From a virus (Duplodnaviria > Caudoviricetes), in IMG/VR virus record IMGVR_UViG_3300033076_001578, positions 4,173 through 68,172 of that record: a stretch of DNA of 64,000 nt, one strand, 5' to 3'. The notes beneath the pieces are model-generated. The model saw only the letters and a list, made by a program, of their open reading frames with translations. It made no database searches and was not told where the DNA came from. Position 1 is the stretch's first letter. Every line of letters starts with the position of its first letter. Positions 1 through 8,288 of the stretch are shown here, piece after piece. The position numbers and the translations under genes are program-made.

Positions 1-645
1 GCTGCCCTCGATGCCGTAAACAACCTCATCGCGGTCCTTGTGGTCCGGCCGGTAGTCGTAGCCGGGCTGGCGCCAGTGGGATCGCCACATGCCAGCGATG
101 GCACCGCCATCAACCGCGACGATGGAGTTCAAGGCCGACGTGAGCTTGTGGCCCTGGTCGACCAACACCCGGCGCTCCTCGAAGGGCAGGGACGCGATCG
201 GCTTCTTGATCGACTCCTTGGCCGCCTTCTTCTCGGGCTCGGCGCTGCCGCCCTTAGGCTGGGACGAGGCCCAGCCGGAGAAGCGCGAGAGCGTCTCCTG
301 GACCCGCTGCTTCTTCTTGAGCCGGATCAGGTTGGCGTTCGCCATGATGCGGCGATCTAGCTCGCCGCGCAATGATGGCTTGACGCGCTCGATCGTCCAG
401 CGGGCCACGCCCGGGTGGAACTTGGCGATGCCGCCGCGCTCGATCATCTTGCGGTAGGTCGCGGTCAGGACCTCGCGGAGCATTTCGTCCATGCGGGCGC
501 TTGAGCCCGTGGCAGCCTCGGCGGCCCGGCGGATGCGCTCCTCCCAATAGGCAAGGCGCTCGGCGGAGTCGAAGCCGTGCTCGGCGAAGTCGTTGACGGC
601 CTCGTCGACGACCTTGCGGTATTCGGTCTGGGCGTTACCGGGCAT
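1..645 (-). CDS. Head morphogenesis protein (Mu F / SPP1 gp7-like), truncated by the left window edge
   Basis: Manually translated from ATG at 645 (MPGNAQTEYRKVVDEAVNDF...MWRSHWRQPGYDYRPDHKDRD). It lies directly after the portal. It is absent from the ORF track because it runs off the edge. Confidence 0.8.
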   Translation of the reverse strand, partial: MPGNAQTEYRKVVDEAVNDFAEHGFDSAERLAYWEERIRRAAEAATGSSARMDEMLREVLTATYRKMIERGGIAKFHPGVARWTIERVKPSLRGELDRRIMANANLIRLKKKQRVQETLSRFSGWASSQPKGGSAEPEKKAAKESIKKPIASLPFEERRVLVDQGHKLTSALNSIVAVDGGAIAGMWRSHWRQPGYDYRPDHKDRDEVVYGIEGS

Positions 646-868
646 CGGGGTAGTCCCGCTCGTGCTCGACGCGCTTTGCCGCGGCGACGTAGTGGTCGAC
701 GTAACCGTCCACCGCCGCCAGCATCTCGGCCCTCAGCGGCTCGATTTTGTCCCAGGCGCGGTCGGCGACGGCGATCCGCAACCGGCGCAGGCCGTCGTCG
801 AGCGCCTTGGAGTGGTTGGCGGCCAGGCTGATCGACCCGATGACGTCAGCCTCGAGGCTACCGGGCAT
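635..868 (-). CDS. Small hypothetical protein between portal and head morphogenesis genes
   Basis: 77 aa ORF overlapping both neighbours by about 10 nt, with GC3-rich codons. Confidence 0.6.
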   Translation of the reverse strand: MPGSLEADVIGSISLAANHSKALDDGLRRLRIAVADRAWDKIEPLRAEMLAAVDGYVDHYVAAAKRVEHERDYPDAR

Positions 869-2417
869 CGTTGCGGCGGCCGCCGGTGACGACCTTCAAG
901 GGGAGGCGGCGCACCGCGTCCTCGTAGTAGGCGAGCCCCCTGCGTGGGCCGGGGCCTGCGGAGTCGAGCTTCATGTCCATTCCACCGACGCCCGCGGCCT
1001 TCGAGGCTTCGGCCTCGGCATCGTTTTCGTCGGACGCCGAGAGCGTGTCCTGGGGCGTCCACGCCCGGAGCAGGTCCATGTCGAGGACCAGGGGGGATCC
1101 GAACAGCAGCTTGTTGCTGTTGAGGTTGTCCGCGACCCACTCGAGGAGGGTCGCCTTGTTCTCGGGGTCGAGCTGCGGGCCGAGGACCTCGGCGGTCGCC
1201 AGCAGCGCCTTGAACTTCACGTCCTCGACCTTGATCTCTTCGGACTCGGGCTCCTTGAGGAGCGACGGCCAAAGGGCGTGGAAGCTCTCGCGCCACTCCA
1301 GGAAGATCTCGTCGTCCGTCTTGCCGCCGAACTCCTCGGGGAACTCCTTCTTCATGATTTTGATGAAGTCGGGATTCCACGCGCGGCGCTGCACGATGGT
1401 GTCGAAGAAGCTGTAGGCCGGGCCGAGCCACTTGCGGATACCGTCGACGAACTGCGCGATGACCTTCGCGTCCTCGGTGCCCTCGCCGAAGCCCTCGGTG
1501 AGGGTTTCGTTCTCCAGCATCACCGCGGGCATCTTCGCGGCCGTGGCGATGTTCTTGAGGATGTTGGTGCGGCTGTTGCCGTACGCCCCGTCCAGGTTCG
1601 TCAGGTCCAGGCTCTCGACCTTGTCGTCCGGCCCCATGGACAGGACGTTGTCGACGACGGCGATCTTCAGGAGCGAGCGCTTGATGCCCGCGAACTTGGC
1701 CATCAGGTTGTCGATGACCGAACCGGCGCCCTTGATGAAGGCGATGATGAGGCCCGCCTTCTTGCTGACCATGTCGTCCGTGACCATGGTTTGGACGAAG
1801 GACTTCAGCGGGAAGAGCGGGCGCTGGTACACGGACCGGCCGACGAAGCCGAAGGCGCTGGGCGTGTATTCGATGTAGAGTGGGCGCTCGTTCATGAGCA
1901 CCACGGCGCGGTTGCGCGCGTATGGCTTCCCGGCCACGGAGATGCCGGTGTATTTTTGGAAGTCCAGCGCGTTCGGGTCCTGGTTGAGGACCAGGCTGCC
2001 CGCGGTGTTGAGCGGGTCCAGCACGTTGAACGCGATCTTGTCCTTCCAGACCGTGGACAGGTCGAGCGGGTCGCCCGGCTCTTTGCCATCGGTCAAAACT
2101 GCGATGGAGGCGATGCCGTAGATGCGGGCCATGCGGCCCAGGTTGGCGATGTGCTCGTCGGCGCCGATGGCCGCCCACTCGGTGAGGAAGGCGTCGCGGA
2201 CGCGCTCTTCCGGTCCGGCCGGGACGGTGACCTCGCGGGACTGGCTCTGCGCGGCCTCGATCGGCGCGTCGACCATCTTCGCGCCCAGCGGGTGGAAGGC
2301 GTAGATCTGCTTGCACAGCTCGTAGCTCGGCGCCGCGCCCGGGACGATCTCGTCCGTGTCGAGGAGCTGCTGAAGGGCAGTGCCCAGGGTCGAGCCGGTG
2401 ACGGAGACGGTCGCCAT
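858..2417 (-). CDS. Portal protein (DUF1073/HI1409-type)
   Basis: 519 aa, directly after the terminase genes. Motifs ARIYGIASI, IPAVMLxxE-like KMPAVMLENETLTEGF and F..LW at the C-terminus. Confidence 0.85.
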   Translation of the reverse strand: MATVSVTGSTLGTALQQLLDTDEIVPGAAPSYELCKQIYAFHPLGAKMVDAPIEAAQSQSREVTVPAGPEERVRDAFLTEWAAIGADEHIANLGRMARIYGIASIAVLTDGKEPGDPLDLSTVWKDKIAFNVLDPLNTAGSLVLNQDPNALDFQKYTGISVAGKPYARNRAVVLMNERPLYIEYTPSAFGFVGRSVYQRPLFPLKSFVQTMVTDDMVSKKAGLIIAFIKGAGSVIDNLMAKFAGIKRSLLKIAVVDNVLSMGPDDKVESLDLTNLDGAYGNSRTNILKNIATAAKMPAVMLENETLTEGFGEGTEDAKVIAQFVDGIRKWLGPAYSFFDTIVQRRAWNPDFIKIMKKEFPEEFGGKTDDEIFLEWRESFHALWPSLLKEPESEEIKVEDVKFKALLATAEVLGPQLDPENKATLLEWVADNLNSNKLLFGSPLVLDMDLLRAWTPQDTLSASDENDAEAEASKAAGVGGMDMKLDSAGPGPRRGLAYYEDAVRRLPLKVVTGGRRNDAR

Positions 2418-2597
2418 TTATTTGCGCTCGTGAATCACGATGGGCTCGAAGGCGCGGTCCAGCACGGCCCGGCGCTCGTCGCGCCAGAGGACGGCGAGGA
2501 TGATCACGGCCAGGATGCCCAGGACGACGAGCGCGCCGATCAGCGCGCCCGGTTCGTTCATCGCGTCGTCCTCGAACTGGTTCAGGTCGAACGGCAT
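2418..2597 (-). CDS. Small single-TM membrane protein
   Basis: 59 aa from ATG 2597; hydrophobic stretch ALIGALVVLGILAVIILAVLW; TGATG coupling to the upstream ORF. Confidence 0.65.
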   Translation of the reverse strand: MPFDLNQFEDDAMNEPGALIGALVVLGILAVIILAVLWRDERRAVLDRAFEPIVIHERK

Positions 2598-2767
2598 CAG
2601 TGCGCCCTCGCCCATTGACCCGTGGCCGGGCTCCTGACGAAAGTGCCCGCCGGGCCGGAGCACCGGCCTTCGACGAAGTCGACCTGGGTGTTGACCGGCA
2701 CGTCCCGCGCCAGCCAGCCGGGTTCGCCGGGGCCGAAGCACTTCGAGAGGGGCAGGGTCAGGTTCAT
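2597..2767 (-). CDS. Small hypothetical protein
   Basis: 56 aa (MNLTLPLSKCFGPGEPGWL...). It fills the gap between terL and the next ORF, with an overlapping stop/start. Confidence 0.45.
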   Translation of the reverse strand: MNLTLPLSKCFGPGEPGWLARDVPVNTQVDFVEGRCSGPAGTFVRSPATGQWARAH

Positions 2768-2776
2768 TCGATTCCC

Positions 2777-4189
2777 TTAGAGGCCGTCCGCATCGCCGAG
2801 GGCGAGGCATACGCCGTACGTGAACGTGTCGAGCAGGTCGTCCGCGCGCTTGGCCGCGTCCTTGTCCCCGATCCGGAAGCCCGTGACCTGGGCGACGAAG
2901 TGGTTGCGGGACGTGCCCTTGTACTCGGTGACCTTTTCGAAGGCGTGCCCGGTCAGCTTTACGTGGCCCGGGTAGACGTGGTCGACCGCCTTGATCGCCC
3001 GCTCGTCCTTGCCGATCGCCGTCAGCTCGGACGGGATGGCCATGACGGGCATGTTCTTGCGCTGCGCGGACTGGAGCAGGATCTGGCCCGAGTCCTTGTC
3101 CTCGACCATCGCGCCCAGGCTGCCGCCGCGGGCGCCGCACATCTTGGCGAGGTCCTCGAGGCGCCGGATGACGCCGGGCAGCCACGAAATGAGCAGGTCG
3201 CCCTCGATCTGGACGATGTCCCAGTCGAGGATGAGCAGGGGGTGAAACGAGTTCGACTTGTTCACCGCGTAGTAGGTGACGGCCGTCCCGTCGTTCGCCT
3301 TGCCGGTCTTGGTCGCCGAATCCACGATCGCGAACACGGCGTCGCAAGACGTGGGGTATGGCAGCGCGCTCCCGTCGGCCAGGAGCTTGTCCATGCCGAA
3401 GAAGGCCACGCCCGACCAGTCGACGAACTCGGCGCCGTATTCCTGGGCGAACACCAAAGGGTGCTTCTCAGCCTTCAGCTTGGCGAAGGTCATCGCCCGC
3501 CGGATCAGCCAGTCCTCGTGCGTCTCGTCCCGGCGCTTGAGCGGGACGTGCGGGTTGAACCAGCTGGGCGCGTGGTACTCGGTGAAGCCGTAATTCTTGC
3601 CGGGCCGGTGCGGCCGGGTGGGATCGTAGCCGCCCTCGGGCGGGTCGCCCCCGGCCGGGCTGATGGCGTAGAGGAAGTTCTCGGGGTTGTTCCCGTTGGT
3701 GTTCGACAGGACCCAGACGTCGCCGTCCAGGTCGAGGAGCGTGGGTTCGATCGACTTTTCGAACACGCCCAGCATCGAGCCCGACGCAGTGTTCGGGCCG
3801 TTCTTGGTGAACGCGCCCTCGTCGATGATGACCCGCTTGTACTTGCGGGATCGACCGGCACGTTCGTTTTCCAGCGTCCACACGTCGATGCGCCCGCGGC
3901 TGCGGGTCTTGATCCGGCCCTCGACCTTCGAGGCGGACCGCTTGAGGGGCGGGGTCGCGCTCTCGATGACGTCGAGCATTTCGTCGTAGGCCTCGGACGA
4001 GATCTTGTAGTCCGGGGCGAACCACCCGACCGGGTGGCCCAGGGCGGCCTCGCTGACCGCCAGCGTCTTGCCGAGGTCGGTCTTGCCGAAGCGGCGGCCG
4101 CAGCGGACGAGCTTGCGCTTGCCCGGCAGTGCCAAAGCCGCGCGCTGCCCGTAGTGCAGCGTGGGTATGGGTACGTGGTAGTGCGTCAC
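2777..4189 (-). CDS. terL: Terminase large subunit
   Basis: Walker A RCGRRFGKT, Walker B VIIDEG, F.QEY.AEF motif, RNase H-like nuclease aspartates (IVDSA, DDLLD). Confidence 0.95.
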   Translation of the reverse strand: MTHYHVPIPTLHYGQRAALALPGKRKLVRCGRRFGKTDLGKTLAVSEAALGHPVGWFAPDYKISSEAYDEMLDVIESATPPLKRSASKVEGRIKTRSRGRIDVWTLENERAGRSRKYKRVIIDEGAFTKNGPNTASGSMLGVFEKSIEPTLLDLDGDVWVLSNTNGNNPENFLYAISPAGGDPPEGGYDPTRPHRPGKNYGFTEYHAPSWFNPHVPLKRRDETHEDWLIRRAMTFAKLKAEKHPLVFAQEYGAEFVDWSGVAFFGMDKLLADGSALPYPTSCDAVFAIVDSATKTGKANDGTAVTYYAVNKSNSFHPLLILDWDIVQIEGDLLISWLPGVIRRLEDLAKMCGARGGSLGAMVEDKDSGQILLQSAQRKNMPVMAIPSELTAIGKDERAIKAVDHVYPGHVKLTGHAFEKVTEYKGTSRNHFVAQVTGFRIGDKDAAKRADDLLDTFTYGVCLALGDADGL

Positions 4190-4821
4190 TTGACCGGCTT
4201 ATCGAACGGCGACGGCAGCGGGCCGTCGGTCCCGCCCAGGCCGCCCGTGAAGGTCACGTGGTCGCGGCCGCGATCTTCATCTCCCTCGTCGCCTTCACCG
4301 CCGCCGTCCTTGAGAAGCTCCTTGCGGGTCTTCTCCAGGGACTCGATGCGGGCGATCGTGGTGTCGATGATCTTGTCGTAATCGGGGAGGCGCTTGAGGC
4401 GCTTCTGGAGGTCGACCGGCGCCCCCTCGTATTGGGACTGGTCGTCCGACACTTCCACCAAGGTCATCGACGTTTCGGCGTCGGCCCCGTCGACCTCGCC
4501 AGCTGCCTCCCGCTCCCAGCGGTCCCGGGCCTCGAGCGCCCGCTTGAGGCGGATGCGCATGAGCCTTAGTTCGTCGTCGACCTGGCCCAGCTTGACGGCG
4601 CCCTCGTCGAGGAGGGCCTTTTCGTCGTCCCGGTAGAACTTGGTGTAGATCCCGTGCGTGTAGGCGGGGTTCGCCTCGGCATGAGCCTTGTGAGGATTCT
4701 TGGCGCCGGTAGCTTTGCCGCCGTGACGCTTGCAGCGGCCGTTCGCCATCGCAATGTCCTGGCAGGGCGGCTTGCCCGGCTTCCGTGTCTTCGCGCCGCA
4801 CTTTGCTTGCCCTGGGTGCAT
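4186..4821 (-). CDS. terS: Terminase small subunit (HGGxSTG-type N-terminal motif)
   Basis: CGAKTR..PC..AM.NGRCKRHGGKATG and N..HGIY motifs; directly upstream of and overlapping terL. Confidence 0.85.
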   Translation of the reverse strand: MHPGQAKCGAKTRKPGKPPCQDIAMANGRCKRHGGKATGAKNPHKAHAEANPAYTHGIYTKFYRDDEKALLDEGAVKLGQVDDELRLMRIRLKRALEARDRWEREAAGEVDGADAETSMTLVEVSDDQSQYEGAPVDLQKRLKRLPDYDKIIDTTIARIESLEKTRKELLKDGGGEGDEGDEDRGRDHVTFTGGLGGTDGPLPSPFDKPVK

Positions 4822-4938
4822 TGCTGGCTTTCGGTCCTACATGAGTTGGCGGTTTAGGATTCCGGTCCTAGCACCATGCATGGCCGAGCGCCGGTCGCGC
4901 GACTTGGTCGGATCCTTCTGTTTGCGGGGGTAATGAAA

Positions 4939-5478
4939 CTAGGCGGCCTTCTTGGCGCCGGACGCTCCGCGCATCCGGCTCGAAGTTACATTCGGGACCG
5001 GAGCGAGCGACTTGAGGGGAATTTTTAGCTCGTGTTCCTTCCCGAGTAAATAGGTTAGCACGATTCCGCAGCCCTTCGAGTACCGGAGGAAGCGGCCGCG
5101 CAGATCGCGGAAGGGACCGTTCGTCGGCATAACGTCATCGCCCGGCGCGTACCGGCGCATCAGCTCGTCCTCGGACTTCTCGCTGAAGTCCCCGCGCGCA
5201 AGGCTTTCGCGCAGGTCTTCGACGAATCCCCTCGGGAGGGCCAGGGGGGCCAAAGTATGGATCGGGAGCACTTTGTGGATCCCGCGGGTCCGGTTGACCA
5301 GCCCGGCTTCGTCGGGCGTCTCCAGTTCGACGAACACGTAACCGGGGAACAGGCGGGCGGCTCGGTCCTTGGAAATGACTGGCGCGTAGGCGGTGATGCC
5401 CTCGCGGCTCAAATGGTAGATCGCCGTCGCTTCCAGCCCCGGCAGCGCCTGGGCCACGTACCACCTGTATTCAGCCAA
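4939..5478 (-). CDS. NusG/RfaH-family transcription elongation/antitermination factor
   Basis: NGN domain (WYVAQ...LFPGYVFVEL...TRGIHKVL) followed by a KOW domain (GDDVMPTNGPFRDLRG). Confidence 0.88.
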   Translation of the reverse strand: MAEYRWYVAQALPGLEATAIYHLSREGITAYAPVISKDRAARLFPGYVFVELETPDEAGLVNRTRGIHKVLPIHTLAPLALPRGFVEDLRESLARGDFSEKSEDELMRRYAPGDDVMPTNGPFRDLRGRFLRYSKGCGIVLTYLLGKEHELKIPLKSLAPVPNVTSSRMRGASGAKKAA

Positions 5479-5523
5479 GCCCGCGCTCCCTCGATCAGCT
5501 GCCGGGGAACCCTAACCACGCCG

Positions 5524-5548
5524 GGAACGGGAAAGCGATAGCCGCGTT
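5524..5548 (+). promoter_or_regulatory. Candidate EcfG/SigT-type promoter GGAAC-N16-CGTT
   Basis: Exact GGAAC (5524-5528), 16 nt, CGTT (5545-5548) in the divergent intergenic region. The same genome encodes an EcfG-like sigma factor. Confidence 0.5.
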
Positions 5549-5564
5549 ATGCGGCGCCCACTCG

Positions 5565-5752
5565 AAATTGTATTAGGTATTAGCAATATACTTGAGGAAC
5601 GATATTTGCTTCCCCTCTTTCAAAAGGAACAAATAGGGGGTGTCCTCTTATTCCCTATTATGGCGTTCGTTCCGATATCGTTTTTAGTTTGGAGTAGAGT
5701 TATTTCTTACTCTATTATAGATTCGATTTCCGAAAAGGTCCTTAATATAGCT
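5565..5752. other. AT-rich non-coding stretch between the divergent arms (candidate origin, promoter or packaging region)
   Basis: By far the most AT-rich segment of the window. It contains the tandem TATTAG repeat and several GGAAC/GTTCC pentamers. Confidence 0.55.
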
Positions 5753-6199
5753 ATGCGAAACAAAACCGAATCCCCTGACCTCACCCCGGAACCGTCGATG
5801 GTGTTCGTCGACGGCCGTACCATCGTCCAGTATTGGGGTGCAGCGAAGCGACGCGCCTTCGGCAAGCTGATCGAGCTGGCGAACCAGTTCGACCTCCACG
5901 TCCACGAAGTCCCGGTCCCCGATGGCGGCAGGGTAAAAAAGAAATGGACTCACAAGCGCGTCGACATGACGATTGCGCTGGCCACGATCCACGACAATCC
6001 TGGAATGTTCTTCGACGACTGGAGCAAGTTGTGGATGGACGGTGCCCAGGTTACGACGCTCCTGCGCAAGGAAGCCCGCAAAAAGGCCCAGATAGCGTTA
6101 TCCAAGCTCTTCCTCGACGGGAAAGTGGAAAAACGCAGGAACGCCGAAGACGGCAGGCTGATGCTTTTTCCGATCGGGAAAATGAACTATGGCGAATGA
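5753..6199 (+). CDS. Hypothetical protein with a possible C-terminal winged-helix
   Basis: Start taken as ATG 5753, not 5549, because the upstream part is the AT-rich region. The C-terminus ALSKLFLDGKVEKRRNAEDGRLMLF resembles a wHTH wing. Confidence 0.6.
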   Translation: MRNKTESPDLTPEPSMVFVDGRTIVQYWGAAKRRAFGKLIELANQFDLHVHEVPVPDGGRVKKKWTHKRVDMTIALATIHDNPGMFFDDWSKLWMDGAQVTTLLRKEARKKAQIALSKLFLDGKVEKRRNAEDGRLMLFPIGKMNYGE

Positions 6200-6563
6200 C
6201 GTCATCATCTACGGGCTATCCGACCCGCGCGATGGCCGGGTTCGATACGTCGGGAAAACCACGCAGACCCTCGAAGCCAGGATGGCGTGGGCGCTGTCCA
6301 ACGCCGTCGAGCCGAAAAGCGCGAAAGATGCGTGGATACTTGGACTTAGGTCCATCGGGATGGCGCCGGTCGCCTTCGAGATCGACAGACTGACCGACGG
6401 TACACGCAGCTCCGACGACGAGGAAATGTTCTGGATCAAGTTCTACATGGACACGGGGTCGCCGCTTCTGAACGCCAAGGCGGGCGGCGTTTGCGGCCCC
6501 CTAATCCGCCAATTCACCGCCGATGAAAAGGCCCGGCTCGCTGCTGGCGCCATCGTCGATTGA
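6189..6563 (+). CDS. GIY-YIG-like nuclease
   Basis: IIYGLSDPRDGRVRYVGKT..L..R, EEMFWI and LLN motifs. Confidence 0.75.
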   Translation: MANDVIIYGLSDPRDGRVRYVGKTTQTLEARMAWALSNAVEPKSAKDAWILGLRSIGMAPVAFEIDRLTDGTRSSDDEEMFWIKFYMDTGSPLLNAKAGGVCGPLIRQFTADEKARLAAGAIVD

Positions 6564-6577
6564 AATAATTTCAGATA

Positions 6578-6719
6578 GCCCCTTCCCACCGCCGGGAACT
6601 TCCTTTTAGGTTCGAGGCCTGCCGAGTCGCCGACCCCTTGATGGGGACGGATACGAGGTGGGCAAGCCCCGAGGGTCACCGAACGCGCAAGCGCTCCGGT
6701 GGCCGCGGGGTGCTGGGGC
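6578..6719 (+). ncRNA. Candidate structured leader or ncRNA with several stems
   Basis: Closing GCCCC/GGGGC stem and hairpins at 6583-6598 and 6630-6650, plus a long nested hairpin at 6662-6713 capped by a GCAA (GNRA) loop. Confidence 0.5.
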
Positions 6720-6734
6720 ATATAACCGGAGACG

Positions 6735-8288
6735 ATGATGACCGACCTACGCGCCGAAGCACACGAACCCCCGACCGATCTCGCCCGCCGCATACGGATA
6801 GCCGTCAATCTTCATCGACGCATCCTCCCCTTCGTCGACCGCGAAGCCATCCTCGACGCCGCGAAAGCGATCGAGACGATGGCCTCCGCCCTCGCCCCGT
6901 TCGCGAAGATCGCCGACGCCTGGGACGCGAACAAATCGCATGAGATCGACTACGACCTCCGCACTGTTTCCCTCCGTGTCGTCGGACCGGCGGTCCTCGA
7001 CGCCGAGCTCCTGACCCTCGCCGACGCCTTCGCCGCCCGCGGCGCGCTCGACGGGAAGCCGACACCCCCTGATACCTGCTCGAAGTGTCGCGCGCTGGAT
7101 CCGCAGGGGGTGTTCCTCTGCCCCGAGCATTCGAAGCCGGTCTACGTCGCCGACCACGTCGAAGTGACCGAACACCTGGCGCCCGCGGTCAAGGACCCGC
7201 ATGTTGCCGCGACGCTCGACAGGTTCGCGGGCTGGTCCTTCGAACCCGAGCTCGACGCCCCAGTCACGGTGAACGTGATACGCTCCACCCCGGCCGAGAA
7301 CGCCGGGTACGAAGCCGCGATCGCGACCGCGAAGAAGCATGCGGAGGTTGGGACTTTTTCGGTTGACTATACTGCGATGGCCGTATTCCAGGACGGCTTG
7401 CGCGCGTATCGCGCTGCCACGCCGCCAGTCGAAAAAGTCACCTACGTCGCCCCACCCGGCTACGCGCTGGTCCCGCAGGTCGCCATCGACTGGCTCGACG
7501 GCGCGGCCGCGGACGACGAGGGCAAGTGGTTTGGCGACCGCGAGGAGGAAGCGGCGCACCGCGGACCGCACTCGGTCAAGCGCCCGGCCTTCTGGTTCCG
7601 CTCCGCCTTCCGAAAGATCATCGACCGCGTCGGCCCACCTAGGCGCGACCTCGTCGCCGACCGCCCGACCACGCGATTGTCCTTCTCCAACGACATCGAC
7701 TACCTGCAACAGGCCGACGCCCATCGCGACGAAGGCACGCTCGGCGAGCGGGCGGCGCGCTCGATCCTCGACATCGCCCTGCACTGGTGCCACGCCTTGA
7801 AGTCCCAGCAGGAGGTTCATGCGACGCTGTTGGACACCATCGTCGTCGGCGTCCCCGCCTTCCGATGGGCCGGGCAGATCGCGGGCGATAGGTCCTGGCG
7901 CGTCGAGGTTGACGCGAACAAGCTGGGCGAGGTCCTGGACGCGATGACGTCGTCGGCGGCGCAGGCGATCGGCTTGCTGGAAGCGATCGCCATACAACGT
8001 AACATCAAGAACCGGGGCATGAGCGACCGGCAGCTGGACGTGGTCGACGACATCCTCGGGAAGCTGCGCGAAGCCTTCAAGCGGCCCAAGAAGCCCGCGA
8101 AACCCCCAGAAACAAAGACCGAACCCCCTATTGACGCAGCGGCCGAATCGTTCGCGGCGTCGGAAGGCCTGGCGCCCCCGCGCCCCGTACCGGCCGACGG
8201 CCAGCACGCACCCGACTGCGCAACTAAGTGCCGTCAGCAGAAACTCCATAAACACGACTGCGATTGCGGCGCGGCGGTGGCGCCATGA
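6735..8288 (+). CDS. Large hypothetical early protein with two Cys/His clusters
   Basis: 517 aa ORF preceded by ATAACCGGAGACG; motifs CSKC..CPEH and HAPDCATKC...HKHDCDC. Confidence 0.75.
   Translation: MMTDLRAEAHEPPTDLARRIRIAVNLHRRILPFVDREAILDAAKAIETMASALAPFAKIADAWDANKSHEIDYDLRTVSLRVVGPAVLDAELLTLADAFAARGALDGKPTPPDTCSKCRALDPQGVFLCPEHSKPVYVADHVEVTEHLAPAVKDPHVAATLDRFAGWSFEPELDAPVTVNVIRSTPAENAGYEAAIATAKKHAEVGTFSVDYTAMAVFQDGLRAYRAATPPVEKVTYVAPPGYALVPQVAIDWLDGAAADDEGKWFGDREEEAAHRGPHSVKRPAFWFRSAFRKIIDRVGPPRRDLVADRPTTRLSFSNDIDYLQQADAHRDEGTLGERAARSILDIALHWCHALKSQQEVHATLLDTIVVGVPAFRWAGQIAGDRSWRVEVDANKLGEVLDAMTSSAAQAIGLLEAIAIQRNIKNRGMSDRQLDVVDDILGKLREAFKRPKKPAKPPETKTEPPIDAAAESFAASEGLAPPRPVPADGQHAPDCATKCRQQKLHKHDCDCGAAVAP

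Noticed and set aside
858-2417. Anti-CBASS Acb1 label often attached to DUF1073 proteins
   Set aside because: Size and position after the terminase indicate a portal; no 2H-phosphoesterase HxT motifs were seen.
747-2618. Long antisense or alternative-frame ORFs (also 2600-4381, 17141-19081, 55156-57060, 58021-60144 and many others in the track)
   Set aside because: They shadow well-supported genes. High GC3 removes stop codons from other frames, and the translations are Arg/Gly/Pro-rich without motifs.
5549-5752. N-terminal extension of ORF 5549-6199
   Set aside because: It runs through the AT-rich intergenic tract with codon usage unlike the genome; ATG 5753 is the more plausible start.
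6625-6715. c-di-GMP-I (GEMM) riboswitch resemblance (GGGACG...GCAAGCC...GCGGGGT)
   Set aside because: The first hairpin lacks the GNRA loop, and an extra segment separates GGGACG from GCAAG. Kept only as an unassigned structured RNA.
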